The translations under genes and the position numbers were made by a program. The notes under the pieces were generated by a model that saw nothing but the letters and a program-made list of their open reading frames with translations, had not been told where the DNA came from and did not search any database. This document shows, in pieces, positions 51,102-64,000 of a DNA stretch of 64,000 nucleotides (position 1 is its first letter; each line of letters opens with the position of its first letter). The DNA is from Lingula anatina (Eukaryota; Animalia; Brachiopoda), in the NCBI GenBank assembly GCA_051362555.1, contig CM120646.1:12834001-12898000 (forward strand), in the 5' to 3' direction.

Positions 51102-54100
51102 TATATTGGTAGTAAATGTGAATAGGTAAAAAAGCCTTGTCTTTGATATTCATTCATTCATTCATTCATTCCTTTAATTGTTATTGAAAGTATAAGAATA
51201 TAACCTGTGAGGGTGCAGAATAGTAGAATTGGTTTCCCACTGTGCTTACATAGACTTACTCAAATCTGAACCTTGGGCAATAAAAAAAAACTGTCAAGAA
51301 ACATTATAGCTACTTGCTGATTGTGAAAATGTTTGCAAATGTGCAAGAAGAGGAAGCTGGTGGGTCAATGTTTGCTTTCTAGGAATCCCCTTTTTTTGTG
51401 TTAATCAATATGCTTCCTTGTAGTAGATGGCTAGGGAGGAGTTGGAGGCAGCATACAGGTGATTATGCACTATTAGGGAAAATTGTTAATGAATTGTTAA
51501 TTTGGTAATATATGTCATTTCAGTGATGAGTATTTGTAACCTGAATATATCTGTTTTAGTAAAAGTATGGGGTGTTTGTGTATGTGTCTACGTCTGACAG
51601 AAAGAGAAAGAGAGATAAAGATGGCAGAGAGGTGCAGAAATTTTCTCTCATCTTTTTTAGTGTTGAGGTTCTTGATACCATCCAAACAGCAATCTCAATA
51701 GATTTAAATGCATACACCTTTTCTTTGCTTGCATGAACACTGAGATTCATAAATCAGTAAATGGAGTAGCATCCTCTCTTTTCTTTTTTCGGGGGTAGAG
51801 GTTGAACCTGACTGGCTCCTTCCATTGGCATAGTGCAGTATTTGATACTCGTATGTCACTTCAGCTGCATAGAGCTGAACATGTTTTATGCATCAGAATT
51901 GAAGTGTGTGAAAGCCTTTTTTTTTTTCATTCAGAGATGTGAAGATACTGCTTTTATAATAATCATGTAACTGATTTTTTGCATCCCTTGTGGAAAAAAA
52001 TTGAATTACTCATATAAGTAGTCTGTGAAAAATTGACTGAGGGTGAACCTTTTATAAAGTGGATTCCTCAGATGGGTACAAAGAAGCTTTTAGCTGTGAA
52101 GAAAAATCTATCACTGAGCCCAAAATATTTAGCCTTTCATGATTTAAAGAGTAGCTCATCTGCAAAAAGGTTCTCTCAGTCTTAAACAATAAGCCATTTC
52201 TTAACATTTTTGAATAGGTCATAAGGCCACTCACATTACTGATCTATCTGGAGTCTAAGTGCTCTAAATTTTTTGATCTTAAAAATTGGAGATCAAACTG
52301 AATCTTAACTTTTTGGTGAGGCCAGTACAATGGAAATTGCTAGCTTTAAGGCCTGTTATAGAAAACCCAAAACTTCTAGCCACATGCAACTACCCATGGT
52401 TGAGAGCCTCCTAAATAGAGGGTCATAAATCTGGCCAGTAACAGTTATGTGTTGAATGAAAACCAGATCCTCAGCTACTGCTCAGTACCTGGTGGGGAGG
52501 TTGAACAAGAAAGTGGCACAGGTAAGTTATTTTGGGTTCACAGCTTCACACTTAAAGGCACTTCAACTCTTTTTTTTTTTACACAAGGCCTGAATAATTG
52601 ATGTCATCAAGGCAATTATGGATGCAAGGTTCGGAAGACTGTATCATGTTTGTGTCCTAGGACTTCTATGCCTGTTGCTTCTCTATGCATTTTTTCTAGC
52701 CATGTCTGTTTGGTGAAATAGATGTCTTTTGTCTCTTGTATAATGATGGGGATAAAGTAGATTGTTTCCAAATAGACTTGACATTTGGACCCTTCATCAA
52801 GGGGTCTTCGTCACCTGGCTGACTCAATGTTCTGAACATGATGTCCGAGTTGTTTGAGAGAAAGGTAATAGTCGTGGCAATATATACCGATATAGAGGGC
52901 TGGTGATTATATATGTTTGATTCTGTTGGCAACATGTTGTCATGGTTTTTCTTTACCCTTTATCCACAGCCAATGCCTGCACAAGGTCCATTGTATAGAT
53001 CTGATTGACCAATCATGGTGAAGGTTTTGCCATGTACATGCAAATTAAAATGTTTTTTGTCCAGTGCCCTGATGATATATATTAATATTACTTCGTAATT
53101 AAAATGCCACTCAGAATACATGTGTTCTCCAGTGTTCACTGAGTATATGGTTAAAACAGTGGCCTCAGTAATACAAACAACCCCTTGAGATAAAGCCAAA
53201 TCCTATGGGGAGAACTAAGCCAGAGGTTTTATTGATAACAGCAGTTCTGGGGCAGAAGACATGTAGTGAGTCAGCTCCCAATACAAACTACAGGTTGTGT
53301 TGGTAAAGAAGTGGCTGTATTGAAAGGCTGCAGGAATTTATAAGGGATACAACATGTTGTATTAGTACAGGAGTAACATTAGGAATCAAGAAAGGCTGCA
53401 CAGCAATTTATGAGTGGTAGAACTCTTTGTTCTGTGAGTATACCTAATGGTAGCTGTTGGAACTAAGAAAGGCTTCAGCAATTTACAATTGATGCAAGTC
53501 CATATTGTTTGAGTTCTTAAATCTGTAGCTGTAGGAAGGTTGCTGTCATTGAAAACTACAAGTACAACTATATGCTATTATATATATTGAGGGAAAACTT
53601 CAGAGGTATGGTGTTGTAAACATTACTGTTGTCAAATGCTTTTGGTGTAAAATGTAACCATAAGGTAGTAGTTACTGTAACAGATTGTAACAGTGGGGCC
53701 TCTTACTTTTGTGTGTATTTCTAAACTCTGATGGAGCTTCACTGCCTTAGGTATATGTTTTACATGCTGGCTGTTTAGAAAAAAATCGTTACATCGACGT
53801 ATAATTAACATTTGAAGGTATATTTTGATGCTTAGTTGATGATTACATCTACCAATTTAGGGACACATGTACAGGTTGTCAGAAGGGAGATCCCTTTAAC
53901 TTGTATTAGTATTATTACTAGTCAAATTTAGGAAAGAGCGACTTGCCAGCATTATCTCATTATTTGGTATTGACATGACTTATTTCATGCAGTTATCTGT
54001 ATTAAAATATCTGTTATTTTTTGTATACGACAGTTTTTTCAGGTGGGATATATGTTATTTCCTATAATGTGATAATTTGGACATACATGTACTGGAATAG

Positions 54101-54487
54101 AACTGCTTGTAATTGGCCAAATTACACGTATGATGCATTTTGCTTCAGCATAATATGCCTACCACCCCTGTTTGATTATGCTTATTTCTGGAGTCCATGC
54201 TAGACCGTAATGCTTATTTACTGCAAGATGCAAAAAAAATTGTACAATATTCATCTAGAAAAAAATTATAAATAGATGTATAAAGACCCCCCCCCCCCCC
54301 CGCCCCCCTTGATACCTTTGATGTCACTGGCCTTAATGGTTACTGTCTGAAACTTGGGTATTTACGGTTATTGTTAAGGAATTTCCAGAGAAAGGACTCG
54401 GAAGTTGACAATAGTATTATGTATAGGTATGTTGATTATATCTTTATGTATATCACGTAGAGATTCATGCTCTAGCAAATATGTCTG

Positions 54488-54536
<49 letters not shown>

Positions 54537-54878
54537 TCATTTTATCTTACACACCTGCAACAACAATTAGTAATCACAAATTGGCAGTCTAGTAATCAGG
54601 AATAATAAAACACATAAAATAAACATTGTAGGCAGATTTGCCTAGTTGAGAAGGAAGTAGATTGAGATATTAATCACCAAAGGCAATACATTTGTGTTCA
54701 TTTATTAAGTGGATTAATCTGTCATTGAGTTGATGGAGTTGAGAGGGGACTCAGTGCACAAGTGACTGTCTCTGATTGTTCATTTTATAAGAAAATTAAC
54801 AATAGAAAGAAGAAATAAAGATCTGTTTAACCTTAAAAAAGGGGTGGCTAACCTGTGAGCTCTTTACTCAGTATCATT

Positions 54879-55431
54879 TACCCCATTCACACTACAGTTG
54901 CCAAAATGCGCATTTCTATAATTCGGATTTTTCGTAAGGAATCCGATTCGGTATTGCGTTCACACTCGCTAAGCGAATCCGAATCCCATGTTGAAAATTT
55001 CAGGTTTAACTTCCTGTTTTGAACACTCGCGCATGCGTCGCACAGGAAATCTTAAAATACCAACAAAAATTTGTGACGACAAATGCAACTCAGAAGACAT
55101 TCCAGCATTCTTGAGAAGTATAAGGTGGCAAAATAAATTTGTTTCCTCATGTTGTAGTGAGTGGTGACCTCCAAATACGTTTGGTACAATCGCTAAAGTA
55201 ATAAACAAGCGTTCATAGATATCCGCACTTATCAGCACACATGCGCAGTAAGATCTGTACAGGTGTCGATTCCGGTAAGTTATCCGGATCGCGCTTAGAA
55301 ATCCACCTCGCTTGCAGGATTTTGAAAATGCGCATTACAAAAATCCTCTTGCGTTTACACTACTGCATTTATTCGAATTGTGACCTAATTCGCAATTTAT
55401 CCGGATAACTGAGCATAGTGTGAACGGGGTA
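54879..55431. mobile_element. PIF/Harbinger-like non-autonomous element (~550 bp)
   Basis: TIRs TACCCCATTCACACTA / TAGTGTGAACGGGGTA, ATT duplicated on both flanks, CpG-rich interior with repeated TTCACAC/ATCCG motifs. Confidence 0.78.
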
Positions 55432-55804
55432 ATTGGTAATTTTGAAGTCTGTATGAATAGACCTAATTCAGTGAACATGTGTCCACGAAAGTGTATAATA
55501 TTTTTATACTTACAGTAGTCCACTAAGTATCTATTGGATAAAAATCAACTACTAGTATTTCTTTCTTTAAGACTTAGGCAGTATTTCACTGTATTGAATA
55601 ACATTTCATGTATTAAGGGTCAAATGTTTTACTTCAAAGCAACTTTAATTATCAAGTTCAGTTTGAAATGGACTACATAAAACAAGCAATATATATATGA
55701 TTAATACGACATTCAATAATTTGTATCCCATCTCAGTAATAGTTCTTCCTTGTCTGCTTTCAGATTGAACAATGACATAGATAAGCACACAAAGATCAGT
55801 TGCC

Positions 55805-58305
55805 ATGGCGATAGATCCAGCACGGGCCCAGTACAATAGTTTAGAGAGGAGACGCAGAATGCTCCAGGTAAAGTGATAAGATAGAATTCTACAGACTCAG
55901 ACAAACATTTACCTTATGAGATTGTTACATTACAAATAACTTCATGGATAAACGCCTTAACATTTTGTCTCATTGCATTTCTACACTTACAAATACTTTT
56001 GGTAATTATGCAATTAATCCGAACACCGTGAATTCAATAATTTGATAATTTTACTTAAAGGTGTTGATTCTGGAGTTTTAAGAAGTTAACTAACTTCTTG
56101 TTAAACAGGACTTTTTTTTTTTTTTTTGTGAATTTCAGTGACTGATAATGATAAATTTTGAAAAAAAAAATTATTTTGAAAAAGTGAGGTGTTTGAAATT
56201 TTGAAGTAGTTACCATATTGACTCAGACTGTTGTTAAAAAAATACAGATTGCAGATCAGGATTACATACACCCATATCAGGGCCTTAAAACATATGCACA
56301 ACAGGCTGGAGAGTAATTAATGTATTTTTTATGCTAATATAAAACATTCAAATTGCAGCTTTCAGAGTTCCAGGTGACATTAATGGTTTCTTCGAGAAGA
56401 CCCATACTTCTTTACATGTTTTACCTTGGTAGCCAGCTGTGAATAAATTGATTGAATGAGTTATTACCTTTACAGTCAATCACTTCTGTATGAAGAGAGG
56501 AAATGTACCATGATAGACCGTTTGACCATTAGATGGACATTATATCTGAATATAACTTAGTGCTGTTCACATGATATATATTTATGTTTATATTTGGATA
56601 TCACCATGCAGTTTTTCTTAACTGGCATTTATGAAAAAATATATAGCATATCACTTACTGTACATATGTCTTAAGCTATATTGCTGAATTGATAAATCAG
56701 TAATATGTTTTATAATAATTGTGGTATCTATAATAAATTTTGCATTTCTTGATCGGCCTGCTGAAATTATTAGGATTATTATTATTATTATTATTAATTT
56801 ATTTATTTTCAATAATAACCCTATTCAAACTTTGAAGTATGCCCATTTCCTTTGCTGACTAGGTACTTAAAAACAAACACATGTACTGCTTTAAGTTTAG
56901 AAAATGTCAACTTCCACATTTTCATTTAATTTAAAGTTCAGATGTTCAATTCCTTTTTTAACATTTCCTTTTTTCATAGCCCTATAAGCACAGAGACATG
57001 TGGGAAGATTCTCATGATAAATGGTTATAGTGTTGCTAAGAGTCTGTGAAAGCAGTGATCCGTGTGTATGTGTGTGTGTGTGTTTTTCATAACATTTTTT
57101 GTGTGTTTCCTGTTATGTTGTTTTGTATGTCAGAAATGCGGGCATAATCATTTCAGCAATATTGTTGTTTGGATTTCCTTAATATATGTAATGTTACCTG
57201 TATTAAATATTGTCATATGGAGTAAACTCTGAGAATAGTTACATTTCAGAGAGGATAATAATTGGAATTTAAATAATTATGTTTTTATATACTGTTTGAT
57301 CCAATGGCAATCAGGTAAATTTCTAGTTATTATGAAGTTTGTCTAATGTTTCACAAGAATAAGCTGCAAAACAGATGTCATGATAGTGTATTAACCCCGT
57401 GTGGAATATATTCTTCAAATTCTTAAAATTGATAGAGACAGGAAAAACACATTTACAATTTTGTGGTTTCTCGATGTCTGGTATGAGATTGTTTTTTAGG
57501 AAAAAACAGAATGACCTCTTTTCCCTGTGAAAGGGAAGAGATCACAGAAACTAGGGTAAAATTCTTCATATGTTGCATGATTTCCAAACTTGTTGTTATA
57601 GGAAGAAGAAACTCTCCCACCATTCCCTGTGTCGGACATGGATGAGTCTCAGGGAGATGGGGTAAAGACGCCAGACTCTGGGATAGAACACGATGACAAA
57701 GCAGACGACGGGGAGCAAAGCCCGTCTGAGGAGGAAAAGGTAGATGTCGCTGCTAAACAATCTGGGCCATCTATCTCTGTATCTTTTCTCTGTTCTAACA
57801 CAAAGCTTTTCTTGAGCTTTCAGGGTGCTGCCATCTATGCATCTGTCTCTGTCTCCTGGAGGTGGTGGGAAACTTTCAGCTGAATTGTTTATAACACAAT
57901 AATTAGGGTGCTTGCTTTCCTACTCTTTACTTATTTTCCTTGGCAGCATAACTCTGCTGGGACCTCTGGAAAACTAAAACAAGTTCTTAGCTTATTAGCA
58001 TCAGGCAGCTTTTGTAGGTTCCAGTGCAGAGTTCCTAGTTTTGTCATCAAAAAGAGGTTATGTAAACCTTAGGGCTCTTTTCTCTGCCAACATGCTTATT
58101 GTCATGCACAGTTAACTTTCAAATACTGGCACTTCAACTTCTGAAAAGCCATGTCATACAGTTGAATATATGTTATTAAATAGTTTTATTTCCCCTCCAT
58201 AAATTTGAGCTCTCTCGTAAATGGTCCAATAAACAAATAAATTTATATTTCTTTTCATGAATATTTTGGGGAAAAAAGAGGGAAAAGATTAGAAATAAAG
58301 TCTTT

Positions 58306-58360
<55 letters not shown>

Positions 58361-61300
58361 TGTTGTTGTTGTTGTTGTTGTTTGTCTTTTTCACAGCATA
58401 AACAGTTTGATTCATCTTGAGTAGATTTAACCAAAAATATGCATGGCAGTAATCATCCCGAAATAGTTGGCCTTACTTTTGCCTCTAGTTAATTATACCA
58501 TCCTTTGCTCTCTGTTTCTATATCTAAGCTGCCCTTGTACTTTAGCAACAATCATAACTATGTTAATAGATATAACAGGTATCTTGGGTTCACCTGTACA
58601 GTTTCTTACCTGGTATTTACATTTACAGTAGTTACTTAAATAAAAACAACATTTGTTCCTAAAGTTATTTAGTTTATTATTTATTTAAATGTTGATTCAG
58701 AAAATTAAATTGAAAAAGTTTGTGTGGCAGAAAATTATAAATATTTGGAAAAAAAGAATACTGAGCAAGGCATCTTAAAATCTTATGGTACAGCAGACAC
58801 TCAGGGCCAGGTAAATGGCAAAGAGTGTAATGATTAGAGAGTAGAAGCTGCAGTTTTGATCAGGTTCTATTTATAAAAAATGTTTAATTTTGAGTGATAT
58901 TTCCTGAAATGCGTCACCTCATGTTGATTTTGACTGATATTTCCTGGAAAATATTCTCCTTTATGTTTCAGTGCAGAGAAAAATGTGTTCACTTGTACTT
59001 TAGCATATCATTATGTTTTATAACTCATACTACTTATTATCAACAAATGTTATCTTTTCTCACAGATTGCCACCCCTGTGTTAGCAGAGCTAGAAGAGGA
59101 ATGTAAGGTACACTCTGATTGGCTGGCTTGTCATGGCTTCACTTTCAGTTTCATTTCTCACAAATACAACATCAAAGTGGGTTTGAAAAGATTTTGGATC
59201 AAGTGTTCAAATGTTTTGAAAAAAAAAAAATGAACAACTTACTGATTCTCATAAAAATCAACATTTTCTTTCAATTGTTCAAATATCACAGTGGAGTGCA
59301 TTCTTATATGTACCTAAGAGAAATTATTAAAAACCCATTTTGTGTTGTTATGATAATTATTTTAATCCCTTCATTTATCCTTTTTCAGTTAAAATCACAG
59401 GCACTACTACTACCTGAACTCACTAAGTTTTTCTGATAATTTGTCCTCAGATTCACCTTCAGACATTCACACATTGGCTTCTGCAGCTTGAAGTTAATTG
59501 AAATGAAAATAGGAATAATTTAAAATTTAACACGTATTTTGAGACATTTCAGGCCCTGCAACTAACTCTGCTGCTGATAGTAACATTTAATTAATATCCT
59601 CTTCTAATTTTCCCTCAGACTACTAAGAATATGCTTTATGGTGTTTTGAAACATTTTATTCCTTTCAATATTTTTAATGTATAAAATTCAGATTCCTTAC
59701 CACATTTAATGTTTGCTTTCTGGAATTGTTCTCATTGCCAAATATTCAATTATCTGTATAATTATCTATATTCAAAGTAGACAATTATGTAGTAATCTCA
59801 ACTTGAATATTCAGGCAGTATGTATTTATTATTACAATGTTTAAAAACAAAACCTGTATTTGTTTAAATAAATGATGTCTCATCAAACTTTTTTCAGAAA
59901 AATAGTATCTTTGTTTCAGTCATTTCAGGGAGAGTTCATATAAATCATGCTCAGTTGAATATTGAACTTTCCTTGTTATTCCAGGTTAAAATTTATCTTC
60001 AGATTTCAGATATTTCACAAAAATCAATTACAGTTGTTTTGGTGGAAGATTTTGACAAATCTCCCTGTGCTGTGAAAGGATTTTAAATGGTCCCAAAACA
60101 ATGTTTTAGTACACTGTACTTTGTACATGCTATTGTTATAGTTGGTATGATAAAAAATGTGTAGTTACACACATCAGACAGAGCACTGGTCTAAAATTGT
60201 ATGGGATTTCAAATGGTACCAGTATATTTTGGCATCAAAGTTTACCCATAATTCATTTCAGGATGAATTAACCATGTTGGACACTGCCATGCGTCAGTTG
60301 AAGGTATGGGAGACGGCAGCATGTCTACCTTTTTCCCCTCATGGGATATCTGTGCATTGTTAGGGTCCTGACTAAACTTTGACATGTTTTTCTTTTTTGG
60401 GAATCCATTATCTTTCAGCTAACTACTTGTAGTGACTTGGAATTGTTCAGCATAAACTTACAAAACTGACATCAGAGGATGGTATATAAATGTTTTGTCA
60501 ATGCAAAATTTCTTTTGTCACAAATTTTTCATTGGCATTCTTAATCATTTACTATAAAAGGAAAAAGTGTTGTCACAAAGAAAATCATGCTGTTTTAACA
60601 TTTTTTAAAATAAGATTTTAGTACATAGATATTTGTCGGTGGATATATTTTTGAAATTCCTCATCATAATTTTTGCAAAAACAAATAATGATTGGCATTC
60701 ATTGTCAAGTTTGATTTAATGTGTAAAATTGTCTAATTATATCGCAGCATTTTCTTAAAATACATGGGAAAGCCAAAACAAAGTTTATGCGTGACATTTC
60801 CGCCTGTGTTTTGCAGTAGTACCACACAGCATACTGAGCTGTAGCTGACATGTCCCGTACTCATATTGTAAGGAAAAGGTCTGCATGAGAGGGAGGAACA
60901 CTTCTCTGGAAAGAACTTGGCTGAATAAACCGTATTATTGGTGAATGTCTGCCCCCCCCCCCCCCTTCCAACCTTCTCTCCCCCTGCCTCCAAAAATTGA
61001 ATTCATTGCTTTACATCCTTCTGGAAATCACATAATATACTATTCAGATTGTCCACCTTATTCCAGCTTAAATAGTTATTCTGTAATTCGTAAAGAATGA
61101 AATACAATAGATGTTTCAACTGTTTACAATCAGCCATGTTCTCTCTGTAAGAAGTGTTTGGTTTTATGATTTTATTGTCTTACTATTATTTACTGTGAAT
61201 ATCAGTGGTGTTGTGTTATGTTTTGATTTGATGTATGTTGGTTAGTTATATTATTCATGTCATGTGATTTTTAATTTTGGGAATACTTGGAATTGATTTT

Positions 61301-62699
61301 GATTTTTAAAAGAAACATATGCTCTTATTTTGTTTACCTTCATTGTAAAGTGTCTCATTGACTGCATTTTGTTCATCATCTTCAAGAATGTTTGACGTTT
61401 TCTGCTGCATGACTTTGTTAAATTTCTTCTGTTTTCCTTTAGTATATTTCTGTTGCATGATACCGTATGATATAGTATTATGTTTTAATGAATTTTCATG
61501 TTTAGAGAGCAAGACAACATTTTGGTTATGAGCCATTTTCTTTCATGTTTACAACTTGTTTTGGGCTTGAATTTGCTTACTGTTTGTTTGATATTATATT
61601 ATTAAATAATGTCCAGTTTGTATTGAAAATATTTAATAATTTAATATTTATTATGCAGATTTAGGTGTATTTTAATTTTAAAAAATAAGTTTTTAGTATG
61701 AAGAAAGAGACAATTTTGACATGTGTCACACTTGCAGACTTAGTACATAGACATCAACAGCAAGTGTAATTGCCACGCATCATCAGTTCCTGAAATAACT
61801 TGTAAATTGGTTTGGTTTTATTTAATGTGTCATTGAAACCATCTGTATATTTTGACTTCTGGCCAAGATTTATTTTAATGTTTTTAAGTACATGACATTT
61901 ATATTTTGATATAATCTTTGAAAACCATAGTTGTATTATTTATATTTATATGTAGATTTATTGCAGTTAATATTGGCTATATATATATATATATGTATAC
62001 ACCTGTATATTTGCCATGTGGCATTGGATTTAATATAGTGTCAGTAAGGTTCAGTGTGCTACTTACAGGCAAATAAGGCAAACAAAATGGAAGCTAATAA
62101 AGCTAAAGAAAATGAGTTTTTTGTAAGTAGTAGAGTGCTTGTTTGAAGTTGTCAGTTTTGCTGTGAATTTTTGTCGATGTCTAGTTGTATTCAGTTGTTC
62201 TTTCTGCGAGGGAACTTCCATTCGCTATGTCAAGTTGTTGCTCATTGCAAAGTTTTTGTGATGATTGCTTTAAAAAACGAGAAAAAATTGGAACAGGGGT
62301 CTGGGTCAGAAAGAGTTACAAGCACTGATTTTGCATTTACCTTGTTAAAATTGGTGTCGATACTTAATTCCCCTTGCTTTGCTTTGTTACCTCAGCATTT
62401 TGATCACAACCAAGTTTTCTTCAATACATATTTCTCAGATTTACATGGTCTCTGCTTGTTGTACCTGCATTTCAGCAAAATTGTGTAACTTGATATGCCC
62501 GTGTCAATTAGTTCAGAACACACCTTTCTGTGACTAAATTCTATCACTGCTAACAACAGGATGTCATTCTGTTTGACATGTTTTTTGCTCATGGAACAGT
62601 TTGTTGTTCTTGGAAAGTTTGCATATTGTTGTTCTTTTTCTCCCAGTGCTTATCTGTTGATGTTACAGTGCCTTTCTTTTCTGTACTAAGGTGCTATTT

Positions 62700-62730
<31 letters not shown>

Positions 62731-63958
62731 TTAATTTTTTTATTTATTTTTATTATTTATTTATTAATTTTTTTATTTATTTTTATTTATTTATTTATTT
62801 TCCTGGTAACTTGTTGTTCTTTCAAATGACATACTCAGATATATGTGACTCCTTAATTTTGTTATAATTTCATAGCAAATATTAGACGATACATTCTTAC
62901 TGTCAAATTGTATTTTTATTATGCATTTATTCACTCAGAGTTAAACTTAAAACTGTTTTGTGTGGGTTTCAGTGTGTTTTAATGTTTTATGAAAAATGTA
63001 CTTGGTTTAATCATTCAGCTCTAAAATTCAGTATGCAAAGACATAAATGTATTACCTGAATTTGGATATATTTTACCTTGTAGTTGAGGTGTGTGTTTTA
63101 CCACTCCTGCTGCTAAATGACATTTTAACATTTTCTCCGTTGATTAAGATAAATTGCCAGACCTCTTTGTTTTTACATCACGCGCTAAATATGGCGTAAA
63201 ATGTGCAGTAGGTTTCCAATAACCTTTAAACATTATTGGTGTCATTAGGAAATTAATTTGCTTATGGCATATTACATTTAGAATTAACCGTTCATGACTG
63301 ATCAAAAGCAAGAGAGATCAACTGGTCGTAGTTGAGATTGAAACAGTTTGAAAACAATTGGACTAATGTATACAAAGTACATACCAGGGGAGTATAAACT
63401 TAATAAACCCTTGAAAGTTCATTTCCCTCATAAAACATCTTGCATAGTTCTTCGTCATAGTAAACTGCATGCCACTTCAGGTTTCAGGACAATGAGGGCA
63501 ATGCACGCATTCCTGAAACATTTCTACGGAAGGAGAGCCATTTGTTCACTCAGTTAACAGGAATTTGTAACGGGTTTCTGCCTCACAAACGGAGCTTTGC
63601 TAGTATTGTAACTTCGGAGTTTGTCAGCATTTTAGCTACGTTGCTACTGCTGGTGATGATGCCAACAAGTTGATACAGTAATTATTGTTTTCTGATGCTG
63701 TAATTGTCTGCTTTTGCCACCCATATGCCCATGTTCTTGCTACCAGTTTTCATTGTTACATATTGTCCTGTGTCTGTTATTGGGACTATGGTATCCTAGT
63801 GGTAATATTGTCACGTTATTGTCATTGCTGCTTTCAGGATCAGATCGAGGTGACGGAGATTGGGAAGAGCTACAAGGTGCAGACAGATAAACCACACTTG
63901 GTCAGTCTTGGAAGTGGAAGACTTAGTACTGCTGTCACCCTACTGCCCTTACCTGAAG
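55805..63958 (+). CDS. PHLDB1: Pleckstrin homology-like domain family B (PHLDB1/LL5-alpha-like) protein; N-terminal exons only, continues beyond the window end
   Basis: Exon 63838-63958 encodes DQIEVTEIGKSYKVQTDKPHLVSLGSGRLSTAVTLLPLPE(G), closely matching the conserved pre-FHA N-terminal motif of vertebrate PHLDB1 (KVQTDKPHLVSLGSGRLSTAITLLPL, recalled). Upstream phase-0 exons: 55805-55867 (GCCATGG, MAIDPARAQYNSLERRRRMLQ; in-frame stops upstream), 57602-57739 (EEETLPPFPVSDMDES...SEEEK) and 60262-60303 (DELTMLDTAMRQLK). These upstream exons are less certain than the last one. Confidence 0.85.
58305..58382. repeat. (TTTA)n and (TTG)n microsatellites
   Basis: Directly visible. Similar (TTTA)n tracts occur at ~54488-54535 and ~62696-62800. 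Confidence 0.9.
63838..63958 (+). CDS. PHLDB1: PHLDB-family conserved exon (start of the FHA-containing region)
   Basis: ctttcag| ... GAAG|gtgggt; PHLVSLGSGRLSTA motif. Confidence 0.92.
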
Positions 63959-63965
63959 GTGGGTT

Positions 63966-63999
<34 letters not shown>

Positions 64000-64000
64000 G

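Noticed and set aside
45690-53540. Several degenerate short tandem repeats (~45690-46060, 48260-48370, 53290-53540)
   Set aside because: Ordinary decayed minisatellites with no coding or structural signal.
63160-63650. CpG-richer intronic segment that might be an old transposon
   Set aside because: No convincing terminal repeats or TSD could be identified by eye.

Overview
AT-rich, intron-rich animal genomic DNA (invertebrate; the repeat landscape looks mollusc-like, which is an inference). Four spliced protein-coding genes were reconstructed by hand, arranged as two head-to-head pairs: (1) RABAC1/PRA1 (minus strand, runs off the left edge) and TBCEL (plus); (2) a glycosylasparaginase (AGA)-like Ntn-hydrolase with no signal peptide (minus) and the 5' part of a PHLDB/LL5-family gene (plus, runs off the right edge; its probable 5' non-coding region spans about 38 kb). 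Introns contain many non-autonomous transposons: a 3.2-kb CMC/EnSpm-like element, PIF/Harbinger-like MITEs, and Helentron-associated (HINE/DINE-like) elements, one carrying about 17 copies of a 146-bp satellite. The most notable observation is that TBCEL has two tandem, diverged, intact terminal exons, each encoding the C-terminal ubiquitin-like (UBL) domain. The first begins with a recursive-splice-like CAG|GTAAGA junction and carries RxRGG in exact ubiquitin register followed by a 22-aa tail. In addition, the 3' UTR of the AGA-like gene is a 56-bp tandem array amplified from its own last codons and stop codon.
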